From assembly GCA_043814605.1 (NCBI GenBank), contig JBDRJV010000007.1, positions 67,354-131,353 on the forward strand: a DNA stretch of 64,000 nt, written 5' to 3'. Every line of letters begins with the position of its first letter. Position 1 is the first letter of the stretch. Positions 17,224 through 26,197 of the stretch are shown piece by piece. The position numbers were made by a program, and so were the translations under genes. This stretch comes from Candidatus Omnitrophota bacterium (GTDB lineage Bacteria; Omnitrophota; Gorgyraeia; B26-G9). Under the pieces are notes generated by a model. That model had not been told where the DNA came from. It ran no database searches and saw only the letters and a list, made by a program, of their open reading frames with translations.

Positions 17224-19962
17224 ATGATGAAGATAGGGAAAAATCAAAAAGGAACTATGCTGATTGCAACCTACATTGTATTATTTGTGGTTATTGTGGT
17301 TGCAGGTTCATATTTTGCTCTTTCTGTAAACAATAATCAAGCAATACTCAAGGAATCAGAAGGCTCAAAAGCATTGAGTTATGCGGAACGCGGTTTAGCC
17401 TATGCTTTTTATGAGTCCTATATTTCCGGCTGGAACTGGTATACGCATAATTGGAATGAAGATAAAAGCCAGCTTTCTCAGTTACCAACAACTGATCAAC
17501 AGATCGCGCGTACAGATTGTTTTTTTAATACAGATGGTTTTTATGAACATGCCAGCGGTGATTTTATGGTCAAAGCATATCCGGATACAACAAGAGAAAA
17601 TGATACAATTGTGCTTTGTAAAGGCAGATACGGCAAAGAGGAAAGAGTTTTAATGCTTTATTTATCCCGCCAGGGCATATATGATTATTTTGTTTATTCG
17701 CCGTATACTTTAGATTTATCACAAGCAGTTGGTGATGATCCCAAGATAAATGGCGGAGGTATTCATAGTAACGGTGATATTATCTTAGAATACGATACAC
17801 GGCTTGAGAATATTTCAGAATTTAGTGCAGGTAAAGATGGCAGTATATATTATGCGTGTACTCAGTATCAGCCGCCGTATATTGCGGATAAGTTTGATGG
17901 AATTATGGATGGCCAGGCGCCGATTCCGCGATTAAGTGATCTTAGTGATTTATACCGGGATGACCGAATTTCTTATTCCGGGCCGTTTGGTTATTATAAG
18001 AATAAAATATGGACTTATAAAACCGATGCTAGCAAATTTGTCTATGACAATATGGATGGCTGGCCAACAGATTCTTTTTTAAATACAGAAAGAAAATTTT
18101 GCGGTAATAATGAAGATCGATATTTGGTAGAGGTTTATCCCGGAGTATTTTATAATGACTATAATACTTGGATAAAACCCTACAGATTGGACGAAGAAGG
18201 TAATCAGATTGAAACAACCTGGTCACAAATTCCTGCGGAGTTGGATGAAGAATGGGCCTGGAGTAAATACGATGATACAAAGGACAAGCCGGGTTACGGA
18301 GCGGCTGTGGATGAGGTTCCGATAGAATTTTATATTCCGGGTGAAGAGAATACAAGGATTATGGTAAATGATACTTACTGGGAAATTAAGGATGATAAGG
18401 TTATTCAGCTTACGCCACCTGCTGTAGGTGATGTTGCGGGTTGGGAAACATTTTATGCTGAGCATCCAAATGCAGCTAAATATTGGGAGATGTTTCAAAG
18501 CCCGGAATTTTGGGATTGTGTTAAAGACGATAGTTTCATCGCAACTTATTTAAATCCGGAAATTGCTGATGGCCGCTATGGAGATGACCGCAGCAACGGA
18601 GGTACAATTTTAGTTAAACACACGAATTCCATGAAGCAGCCCAATGCCTGGCGTCAATTTATAAGCGAGCAGGGGTTAGAAGATATTGTATTTGAGGGTA
18701 ATACCGGCGGAATGTATCTTGAGCCGCCGTGTTTTTCAGTTACATATAGAAACCTTGCAGATAAAGATGGTTTACATATTAAAGCAATTGATGATTCAAT
18801 ACCTGCAGATTATTGGGCATGGAAAGATAAAATGATCGCAAGTATTGATGCTGCAGTTGAAGATATTAATACCCGAGCCGGAGGCAAAGTAGCAGAGAAA
18901 AAAGGTTTTTATAATACTTTTACGAGTAAATGGGTAACGGTATTAGAGCTGGACCTTGAGGCAATGCAGACCTATAATGTGCATCCGAATAATGGCGTGC
19001 TTTATAGTGAGGTGCCGATCAGATTAGTTAATGCCGAAAGGCTGCCGCGTTCAAAACCAAAATACGGGTTTACTGTGCTCTGTGAGGAAAATATTTTCTT
19101 GCAAGGAGATTATAATATTAAAGATAAAGTGGGTGAGTTTGAAACAGAAAATGAATGGGTAACTAGTGCGGTGATTACGAAAAAAAGAGTTTATACGTTT
19201 TCGGATGATTTTTCAGATCCGCAGCATATTCCGGCAACAGAAAATTACCCGAATTATCCTGGACTTTATGTAAAAGAGGTTGATGGAAAATGGGTGGAAG
19301 TTCCGGAATCAACCAAAGGCGGTACGTGGGTGCTAAATTATTTGTTAACTCCTAATGATCCTAAGGAAGATAATTATCGCGAAATTTCGTATGATGAAGA
19401 AGCAAAATTAAAAACGATAATTAAAGCAAAAAACAAGGCCTATCAATCTGTATTTAATGCTTATCAAACAAAAGAAACAAATGATGCCACAGCAACCTGG
19501 GTTTGGGCAGACTCAGGCACAACTTTAACTCAAGGCCTGAAACCGAATAAAGTGACTCAAGATCAGACTTATAATTGTTTGATTGCGGCAAACCGCTGGC
19601 TGGATTATTCTTATTTAAACCGCGGTTGTATTTTAGAAAACTGGGAGTACGGGGATAATCATTTTTACCGCAATTTAAATGGCGCTTATTTTGTTTTAGA
19701 AAAAGAAGGTTTTACAGCGAGTAGTGATGAATTTGTTGATCTTGAAAGCAAGTCCCTTGCGCTTAAGTATCGGGGGAAGTATAACCCCACATATAATGAA
19801 TATTTTATGGTGGATTCTTCTGCATATTGGGCACCGACAAATATTGCCTATGATGTGGCTTTTCGAACCAGAGTCCGGTCTCCGTCAGATGTGTTTATGG
19901 GCGGGGCGCAGTCGATTTGGATTGAAGCCAGCTGTGATTTATTTTATCAGATGAATTTTTAA
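17224..19962 (+). CDS. large PilX-N-terminal-domain protein (putative pilus tip/minor-pilin-associated adhesin)
   Basis: 912 aa. The N-terminus (NQKGTMLIATYIVLFVVIVVAGSYFALSVNNNQAILKESEGSKALSYAERGL) matches the PilX_N pattern (QxGxxLIxxL hydrophobic helix ... AxxxAEAGL). The rest is a large W/Y/D-rich extracellular region with no recognisable catalytic motif. Confidence 0.6.
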   Translation: MMKIGKNQKGTMLIATYIVLFVVIVVAGSYFALSVNNNQAILKESEGSKALSYAERGLAYAFYESYISGWNWYTHNWNEDKSQLSQLPTTDQQIARTDCFFNTDGFYEHASGDFMVKAYPDTTRENDTIVLCKGRYGKEERVLMLYLSRQGIYDYFVYSPYTLDLSQAVGDDPKINGGGIHSNGDIILEYDTRLENISEFSAGKDGSIYYACTQYQPPYIADKFDGIMDGQAPIPRLSDLSDLYRDDRISYSGPFGYYKNKIWTYKTDASKFVYDNMDGWPTDSFLNTERKFCGNNEDRYLVEVYPGVFYNDYNTWIKPYRLDEEGNQIETTWSQIPAELDEEWAWSKYDDTKDKPGYGAAVDEVPIEFYIPGEENTRIMVNDTYWEIKDDKVIQLTPPAVGDVAGWETFYAEHPNAAKYWEMFQSPEFWDCVKDDSFIATYLNPEIADGRYGDDRSNGGTILVKHTNSMKQPNAWRQFISEQGLEDIVFEGNTGGMYLEPPCFSVTYRNLADKDGLHIKAIDDSIPADYWAWKDKMIASIDAAVEDINTRAGGKVAEKKGFYNTFTSKWVTVLELDLEAMQTYNVHPNNGVLYSEVPIRLVNAERLPRSKPKYGFTVLCEENIFLQGDYNIKDKVGEFETENEWVTSAVITKKRVYTFSDDFSDPQHIPATENYPNYPGLYVKEVDGKWVEVPESTKGGTWVLNYLLTPNDPKEDNYREISYDEEAKLKTIIKAKNKAYQSVFNAYQTKETNDATATWVWADSGTTLTQGLKPNKVTQDQTYNCLIAANRWLDYSYLNRGCILENWEYGDNHFYRNLNGAYFVLEKEGFTASSDEFVDLESKSLALKYRGKYNPTYNEYFMVDSSAYWAPTNIAYDVAFRTRVRSPSDVFMGGAQSIWIEASCDLFYQMNF

Positions 19963-20003
19963 TAAGTTAATAAGTTTAATTATAACTAGTGGGGAGGGGA
20001 GAA

Positions 20004-20447
20004 ATGGATAATAAAGTCAGGATCACTTTAATTACTGCAGTTGTGATTTTAGTGATTATCATTACCCTGGGGCTTAGGGATGTGTTTAAAACCGCAACTG
20101 TGGCAACAGAAAAAAACCAATCTGAGTTAACATCAGATGACCGAAGAATTAGTTATCAGGAGAGGGAAAATGCACCAAAAATAAAAGCAAAAGCAACGCT
20201 CAGTTCAGACGAGTTGTATTTTCCTAAAAAAGATAAACCGGATAAAGTCGATCCAGAGGCAATAAGTAAGGTTAAGCATGCGGCGGAAAATTCTTTAGAT
20301 CCTGAGCAGGTTAATACACCTGTTGCAATCAGGGCAGATTCAGATGAGCTGCGCTTGCCGGAAGGGGTGGACACGCTGGATGCGGATATTTATTTGGATG
20401 CAGAAGGTAATCTGATTATCTCAAATAATCCGCAGAAAAAAATTTAA
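20004..20447 (+). CDS. hypothetical N-terminally membrane-anchored protein (pilus-locus associated)
   Basis: Strong RBS GGGGAGGGGAG before the ATG at 20004 (the tracked ORF begins at an upstream GTG, 19989); single TM then a charged extracytoplasmic region. Confidence 0.5.
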   Translation: MDNKVRITLITAVVILVIIITLGLRDVFKTATVATEKNQSELTSDDRRISYQERENAPKIKAKATLSSDELYFPKKDKPDKVDPEAISKVKHAAENSLDPEQVNTPVAIRADSDELRLPEGVDTLDADIYLDAEGNLIISNNPQKKI

Positions 20448-20476
20448 TATTATGTTTATAATCATCTTGTCAATAT

Positions 20477-21784
20477 TTGATTTATGAAAATTTGACATTT
20501 TTTAATTCCTCTTTTATAATAACCTCAATGTTAACCACAAAAGCTTCTCAATATTTTGTTATCTTCTTCAGGTTTTGCATTGCCACAATTATCCTGGTTG
20601 TGAATGCAAAGCTCTTCGGATTAGGTTTAAATCCTGTTTATTATTTAATTTGCAGTGTATATGTGCTGACTATAATATATCTGCTCTTAATCCTGGCAAA
20701 AATATCGCATGCCCGGCTCTTTTATGCCCAGATAATTGCGGATTTGATAATTGAAACTATGCTCGTGCATTATACGGGCGGCATTGATTCTGTTTTGAGT
20801 TTAATGTATCCGCTTTCTACGATTGCCGCAAGTATCATGATTTCCCCGCGCGCAGCAATCGTGATTGCATTCTTGGGCAGTACATTGTATTCTGTTAATG
20901 TAACTTTAGAAACACTAAATATTTTGCCCATGTATGTTATGGGAATGAATGTCTTGTTGCGGGAAAATTCGTATATTTTTACTTTACTTTATTTTAGAGT
21001 TACAGTGTTTTGCATTATCGGGTTTTTAAGCGCCTATATTGCGCAGCAGGTTAATAAAAAAGATAAAATTGTTAACCTGCTGCAGAAAAAATTACAAAGA
21101 GAAGATAAACTCCTAGCGATTGGTAAATTAGCTGCTAATACCGCCCACGAAATCCGCAATCCTCTGGCTTCAATTTCCGGCTGTGTGGAAGCGCTAAAAG
21201 AAAACCTGGATTTAAGCGGCAATAATAAAAAATTATTTGAACTGATTATCAAAGAGACAAACCGGCTTAATGATATTATCAACGGATTACTCGAATATGT
21301 TAAACCCCGCCAGCTGCAAATTGCCAGGGTTTCTCTGTCCGAACTTATCGAGGAAGTTATTTTTCTGGTTAAAAACAATAAATTTTTTAACGCGAATATT
21401 ATTTTAAAAAATGAAAGCAATGATCAAAATTTAAAAATTAACTGCGACCCGCAGCAGATAAAGCAGGTGCTGTTTAATCTTTTAATTAATGCAGTTGAAG
21501 CAATTGAAAAAAGTGGTAAAATTATAATTAAGCATAAATACTTGGAAGCTATAGATCAGGTGCAAATTGAGATTAGTGATAACGGCCAAGGGATTGGGCC
21601 CCAGCAATTGGAAAACCTATTTGAGCCTTTTTCCAGCGGCCGGGACAAAGGGGTGGGGCTGGGATTGGCCATTGTCTTGAGTATTGTAAAAGAGCATGGC
21701 GGGGATATAAAAGTTAGCAGTAAACTCGGCCGCGGCACGATTTTTCATGTTTTTTTGCCGGTAAGGAAAGAGAGTAATTTATAA
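20477..21784 (+). CDS. pilS: membrane sensor histidine kinase, PilS-like
   Basis: ~6 predicted TM helices; H-box HEIRNPLASI; N box (LLINAVEAI); G boxes (DNGQGI, GVGLGLAIV). Sits immediately upstream of a sigma54 activator. Start codon uncertain (TTG at 20477). Confidence 0.8.
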   Translation: MIYENLTFFNSSFIITSMLTTKASQYFVIFFRFCIATIILVVNAKLFGLGLNPVYYLICSVYVLTIIYLLLILAKISHARLFYAQIIADLIIETMLVHYTGGIDSVLSLMYPLSTIAASIMISPRAAIVIAFLGSTLYSVNVTLETLNILPMYVMGMNVLLRENSYIFTLLYFRVTVFCIIGFLSAYIAQQVNKKDKIVNLLQKKLQREDKLLAIGKLAANTAHEIRNPLASISGCVEALKENLDLSGNNKKLFELIIKETNRLNDIINGLLEYVKPRQLQIARVSLSELIEEVIFLVKNNKFFNANIILKNESNDQNLKINCDPQQIKQVLFNLLINAVEAIEKSGKIIIKHKYLEAIDQVQIEISDNGQGIGPQQLENLFEPFSSGRDKGVGLGLAIVLSIVKEHGGDIKVSSKLGRGTIFHVFLPVRKESNL

Positions 21785-21815
21785 ACCTAGATGAAAAAAA
21801 TAAAAGAAGGGGAAA

Positions 21816-23171
21816 ATGCAGCCAAAGATATTATTAGTTGATGATGAGAAGGATTTACTAGAATGGTTGAGCATTGTATTAGGGAAGGAAGGCTATACAG
21901 TGCGCTGTTCAAGTTCCGGCGAGGAAGCATTAAAACTGTTTAAGCAGGAAAATTTTGAAATGGTGATTACGGATATCCGCATGCCGCAAATGAGCGGGAT
22001 TGAACTCCTGCGTCAGATTAAAAATCATAACCCGGAAGTTATTGTTTTAATGGTGACGGCTTATGCTTCAGTCGAAACTGCAGTGAAAGCCCTGCGTTAT
22101 GGAGCTTATGATTATTTGTTTAAGCCGTTTAAACTTGATGAGATAAAAATAATTATTAAAAAGGCGTTCAGTCAAAAAAGGATTTTAACAGACGATAAGT
22201 CACAGCAGAAAAAATTAAAAGAAAAATACCGTTTTGCCAATATTATCGGCCAGGATAAATCAATGCAAAAAGTTTTTGATCTGATTGAGAAAGTATCCAA
22301 AACTAATACCACGGTTTTGATTAACGGTGAAAGCGGCACAGGAAAAGAGTTAATTGCCAAGGCCATGCATTTTCATAGTTTAAGAGCAACCAAACCGTTT
22401 GTTTCCATTGATTGCGGGGCTTTACCGGAAGAATTACTGGAAAGTGAATTATTCGGGCATGTTAAAGGATCGTTTACCGGTGCGATTTCCAGTAAGCAGG
22501 GATTATTTGAAGTTGCTTCCGGCGGGACTTTATTTTTAGATGAAATCGGCGAAACCTCACAAGCCATGCAGGCAAAGTTACTACGGGCTTTGCAGGAGCG
22601 GGAAATCCGTCCGGTGGGAGCAACAAAAGTAGTTAAAGTTGATGTGCGGGTTTTAGCCGCAACAAATAGAAATCTGGAAGATGAGGTCAAACGGGAAAAT
22701 TTCCGCAAAGACTTATTTTACCGCATCAGTGTGATTTCTTTTCATCTGCCGAGATTAACACAGCGCCGGGATGATATCCCTTTGCTCGTGGCGCATTTTT
22801 TAAAAAAATATCAAATTCCCGGTAAATCTTTAAATAAAATATCTCCGGAATGCTTAGATTTATTTATGCAATACAGCTGGCCGGGAAATGTCCGGGAGTT
22901 AGAAAATGCAATTGAGAGTGCCGTGGCATTAGCAGATAAAGATGTTATTAATATCGAAGATATTCCGGAGCGGATTACAAAACTCTCTGCGCCAGGATCA
23001 GAGGGCGACTCTAGTTTTGAGGATTCTTTAAAAGGAAAAGTAGAGCAGTTTGAAAAAGAGTTAATTGTAAAGACAATGACAGAGGTTGGCGGGAATAAGA
23101 ATCTGGTGGCAAAAATACTCAAAATGACACGCCGGAATCTGGATTATAAAATTAAAAGATATGGGCTTTAA
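21816..23171 (+). CDS. pilR: sigma54-dependent response regulator, PilR-like (NtrC family)
   Basis: Receiver (LLVDDE ... DIRMP); AAA+ sigma54-interaction domain (Walker A GESGTGKE, GAFTGA-equivalent GSFTGA, ELFGH); C-terminal Fis-type HTH. Confidence 0.88.
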   Translation: MQPKILLVDDEKDLLEWLSIVLGKEGYTVRCSSSGEEALKLFKQENFEMVITDIRMPQMSGIELLRQIKNHNPEVIVLMVTAYASVETAVKALRYGAYDYLFKPFKLDEIKIIIKKAFSQKRILTDDKSQQKKLKEKYRFANIIGQDKSMQKVFDLIEKVSKTNTTVLINGESGTGKELIAKAMHFHSLRATKPFVSIDCGALPEELLESELFGHVKGSFTGAISSKQGLFEVASGGTLFLDEIGETSQAMQAKLLRALQEREIRPVGATKVVKVDVRVLAATNRNLEDEVKRENFRKDLFYRISVISFHLPRLTQRRDDIPLLVAHFLKKYQIPGKSLNKISPECLDLFMQYSWPGNVRELENAIESAVALADKDVINIEDIPERITKLSAPGSEGDSSFEDSLKGKVEQFEKELIVKTMTEVGGNKNLVAKILKMTRRNLDYKIKRYGL

Positions 23172-23400
23172 TACAGCGGTTAGAAAAAATCTGAAGTACG
23201 ATGGACGATCGCCCGCCAAAAAACGGCGAAGCTGGGACGAGGGATGAAAAAGCAAAAAAGAGTTAACTATATTTAATAGTTAACACTTAACTTAAGATTA
23301 TTGTAATTAAGAATAAATTTTCATTAATTAGAAAAAATTTTCTAGCATTATAAAAACTGCAAAAACTTATCCACAGTTTAAAGGAATTGCTTGATTATTG

Positions 23401-23425
23401 TAACACAATTGTTTTCAGTGTGTTA
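23401..23425. promoter_or_regulatory. inverted repeat TAACACA-N11-TGTGTTA; candidate upstream activator (PilR-type enhancer) site
   Basis: Perfect 7-bp arms at 23401-07 and 23419-25, ~60 bp upstream of the -24 element; flanked by AT-rich direct repeats (aattg...). Confidence 0.4.
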
Positions 23426-23462
23426 TAAAAAACAATTAAAATTAATTGATTAAATTGTTTTT

Positions 23463-23477
23463 TGGCACAGTGATTGC
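23463..23477 (+). promoter_or_regulatory. sigma54 (RpoN) promoter, canonical -24/-12 elements
   Basis: TGGCAC-AGTGA-TTGC (GG-N10-GC spacing) at 23463-23477, ~60 nt upstream of the pilA1 ATG. Confidence 0.75.
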
Positions 23478-23537
23478 TTGAATTAGTATGGACTTTAACT
23501 ATTTGTTAACGGAATTTTGAAGAAGGGGGTGTTTATT

Positions 23538-24008
23538 ATGGATCGTAAGGGTTTCACATTAGTAGAAATTATGATCGTAGTAGCTATTATTGCGCTATTA
23601 GCAGCCATAGCTATTCCGAACCTTTTGCGTGCCAGGTTAAACGCTAATGAGGCAGCTGCACAGTCAACACTGAAAACAATTTCCACAGCGTGTGAAAGTT
23701 ATCGCGCTGCACAAACAGTGCCGACTTATCCAACAGGAGATTCAACTGTAGCAGGGGTTGGAGGATTGACAGATGTAAATCCAGCATATCTTGATGCTGG
23801 GATCTTTTTAGGAGCAGGTAGACAAGGCTATATTTTTAATTATGATAATGTTAGTGCTAATGAATATGTCGCAGCAGCCAGACCAGCAAATCCCAATGTA
23901 ACGGGTATCCGATGCTTTGGCATTAATGAAAGTGGTGTTTTAAGAGCTGATCCTGCTAATGCAGCTATTACTGATGCCACTTATGATGCTGCTACTGTTG
24001 TGCAATAA
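23538..24008 (+). CDS. pilA: type IVa major pilin PilA (paralog 1)
   Basis: MDRKGFTLVEIMIVVAIIALLAAIAIPNLL (G|FTLVE signal plus conserved N-terminal helix); C-terminal Cys pair; RBS GGGGGTG before the ATG at 23538 (the tracked ORF starts earlier, at 23517). Confidence 0.85.
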   Translation: MDRKGFTLVEIMIVVAIIALLAAIAIPNLLRARLNANEAAAQSTLKTISTACESYRAAQTVPTYPTGDSTVAGVGGLTDVNPAYLDAGIFLGAGRQGYIFNYDNVSANEYVAAARPANPNVTGIRCFGINESGVLRADPANAAITDATYDAATVVQ

Positions 24009-24030
24009 TATTTTTAAAACTAGGATAGAA

Positions 24031-24066
24031 AAAAGCGGTGTTTTAAAAAACACCGCTTTTTTCTTT
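24031..24066 (+). terminator. rho-independent terminator after pilA1
   Basis: AAAAGCGGTGTT-ttaaaa-AACACCGCTTTT followed by a T-tract. Confidence 0.75.
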
Positions 24067-24092
24067 ACACATCCTAAACATAATGCTAAAAT
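24064..24092 (+). promoter_or_regulatory. sigma70-like promoter candidate for pilA2 (TTTACA-17 nt-TAAAAT)
   Basis: TTTACA 24064-69, 17-nt spacer, TAAAAT 24087-92, 13 nt before the pilA2 ATG region. Confidence 0.4.
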
Positions 24093-24104
24093 ATTTATAT
24101 TATA

Positions 24105-24575
24105 ATGAATAAGTTAAAAGCATTTACTTTAGTGGAAATTTTAATTGTGGTGGCAATCATTGCCATGCTTGCAACCTTGACTATTCCTAATTTACTCAGA
24201 GCGCGTCTGAATGCAAATGAAGCAGTAGCGCAAGGGACTTTAAAGTCTATTGCTACTGGTTGTGAGAATTTCAGAGCATCTCAGGTCGCTTTGTCTTATG
24301 CTGCAAATCTAAATGAGTTAACTTCTGCTAATCCTGCATATTTAGACGCAACTGTAGATACTGCCACAATAGGAGTTGCTAAAAATGGTTATAATTTTAC
24401 TTATACTCGGGTAAATCTTAACCAGTATGTGTGCTGTGCTACGCCGGATATTTATCAGGTTAGCGGTATCCGGACTTTTGCAATCAATGAAACAGGGCTT
24501 TTAAGAGCTATGGATAACGGAGCAGTAGTGATAAATACAACAGCTGAATATGAGGCCTTGGATGTTGTCAATTAA
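24105..24575 (+). CDS. pilA: type IVa pilin PilA (paralog 2)
   Basis: MNKLKAFTLVEILIVVAIIAMLATLTIPNLLRARLNANEA is near-identical to the pilA1 N-terminus over the first ~35 aa; the C-terminal region diverges and contains Cys residues. Confidence 0.85.
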   Translation: MNKLKAFTLVEILIVVAIIAMLATLTIPNLLRARLNANEAVAQGTLKSIATGCENFRASQVALSYAANLNELTSANPAYLDATVDTATIGVAKNGYNFTYTRVNLNQYVCCATPDIYQVSGIRTFAINETGLLRAMDNGAVVINTTAEYEALDVVN

Positions 24576-24908
24576 TTTCATTTTAGTTGAGTTATCTTAT
24601 TTGGTTGCGCAGAGATAGAATCTAAAATTATTAAAAATATATTGACAAAATTGTCTAAATTATAATATTATATATATACTTAAAATAAATGGATTTGTTC
24701 AGGGAACAAGGAGGTGTTATTTGCTAAGGTCTAATATTTCTGCATTTTTCCATATCCAGGGTGTAACTTCTAGTTTTACTGGGGCAATTTTTTACTCTGC
24801 TGCCTATCGTCAAAAAATCCATTACACAGAAATTCAATCCAAAAAAAAAGACGCTTTGTTGGTTTTTTGGGGAGGAGTAAGCCGGCAAAAAAAAGAGAAT
24901 AATTATTT

Positions 24909-26186
24909 ATGGAAAAGTTAATTATTATTTTACCGACTGTAGGAATTTTGTTTTTAATAATCCTAGGAATGCTGGCACCGCTCATGGCCCCGCCGGCATT
25001 TCTGGCCACTCTGCCTTTTATTGCCTTAGCAATTTATTTATACAAGAAAAAAAACAGCCTGAAAAAAGAATTAGAGGAAATGCGGCTTTCTTACCGGCAG
25101 AAAAAAATAGAAATTGAAAAAGAAATCATAAAAAAAGACAAAAGGCAGTCTGAACAGTTTAACGAATTAAAAAAATTCGGCCGGGATCTTTCCGGAGCTT
25201 TAAATAAAGGGGAATTATTGCGTTTGATTGCCAATACGTTTCAAAAACTAACTGTTTCTAAATCCGGAGAGAGTCAGTGTTTTTTATTAAGCAATGATTT
25301 AGGCTCAGATGAATTTATCTATGAAGTGGGAGATAATTTTGATAGTAATATCCTAAAATCATTACGTTTTAAAACCACGGATGAGATCATTCAAAGCGTA
25401 GTGACATCTAAAAAAGTGCATACCTTTATCAGTGATATCTTTAGCGGAGATTCAAATATAACTTATTTTTTTAAATCAGAACATTTGGCAACACTGGCGC
25501 AGCTGGATTCTATGGCATTAATCCCCCTAATTTTAGAGGATGAGGTGTGGGGAATTATTGTAATTTTTTGCCATGAGGATGCAGCGGAAAACATAAAAAA
25601 AGAAGAAGAATTTTTTGAGCTATTGATGGCCCAGGCATCGATTGCTTTAGGCAGTGCAATTCACCGCGGTTTAGCCAGTGTGGATAGATTAACGCAATTG
25701 TATAACCGGACTTTTCTGCAAAAACGCATGAATGAGGAAATTGAATTTTGTAACCGGCAATTTTTACCAATGAGCCTGATGATGTTAGATATTGACCATT
25801 TTAAAGAAATCAATGACCTTTACGGGCATCAAGAGGGGGATATGGTTTTAAAAAAAATTGCCCATATTATCAGTAAAAATGTCCGGTTAACCGATTTAGT
25901 CGCGCGTTATGGGGGCGAGGAATTTGTGGTTGTTTTGCCGGGGATTGCGGAAACAACATTTGGAAAATTTTCCATTGCGAAAAGATTATGTGAATCTATT
26001 GCCAAGGAAGACTTTATTATCAGTGAGGAAAAAAAGATAAAAGTAACCGTAAGTATTGGGGTTGCGCTGCGCCGCTATCCTGATGATAAAGCACAGGGCA
26101 TGCAGGAATTAATCAAAAAAGCCGATACCCTGCTCTATAAGGCCAAAAATTCCGGCCGTAATCAAGTTTGTTATAGTGCAGATTAA
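24909..26186 (+). CDS. membrane-anchored diguanylate cyclase (GGDEF domain, GGEEF active site) with a GAF-like sensor region
   Basis: Two N-terminal TM helices; RYGGEEF active site; I-site-like RxxD upstream; DxLT..NR motif typical of GGDEF domains. Confidence 0.82.
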   Translation: MEKLIIILPTVGILFLIILGMLAPLMAPPAFLATLPFIALAIYLYKKKNSLKKELEEMRLSYRQKKIEIEKEIIKKDKRQSEQFNELKKFGRDLSGALNKGELLRLIANTFQKLTVSKSGESQCFLLSNDLGSDEFIYEVGDNFDSNILKSLRFKTTDEIIQSVVTSKKVHTFISDIFSGDSNITYFFKSEHLATLAQLDSMALIPLILEDEVWGIIVIFCHEDAAENIKKEEEFFELLMAQASIALGSAIHRGLASVDRLTQLYNRTFLQKRMNEEIEFCNRQFLPMSLMMLDIDHFKEINDLYGHQEGDMVLKKIAHIISKNVRLTDLVARYGGEEFVVVLPGIAETTFGKFSIAKRLCESIAKEDFIISEEKKIKVTVSIGVALRRYPDDKAQGMQELIKKADTLLYKAKNSGRNQVCYSAD

Positions 26187-26197
26187 ACAGGAGGAAA

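Noticed and set aside
16738-17653. Alternate-frame plus-strand ORFs (16738..16956, 17402..17653, 19724..19954, 55393..55581, 51394..51585)
   Set aside because: They overlap stronger genes in another frame, with no motifs and no RBS.
24643-24666. TTGACA ... TATAAT upstream of the GGDEF gene
   Set aside because: The spacer is only ~12 nt, too short for a functional sigma70 promoter. This is probably a chance match in AT-rich sequence.
24721-24921. 66-aa ORF upstream of the GGDEF gene
   Set aside because: No RBS and an odd composition. It overlaps the likely promoter/5'UTR of the cyclase and is more likely non-coding.
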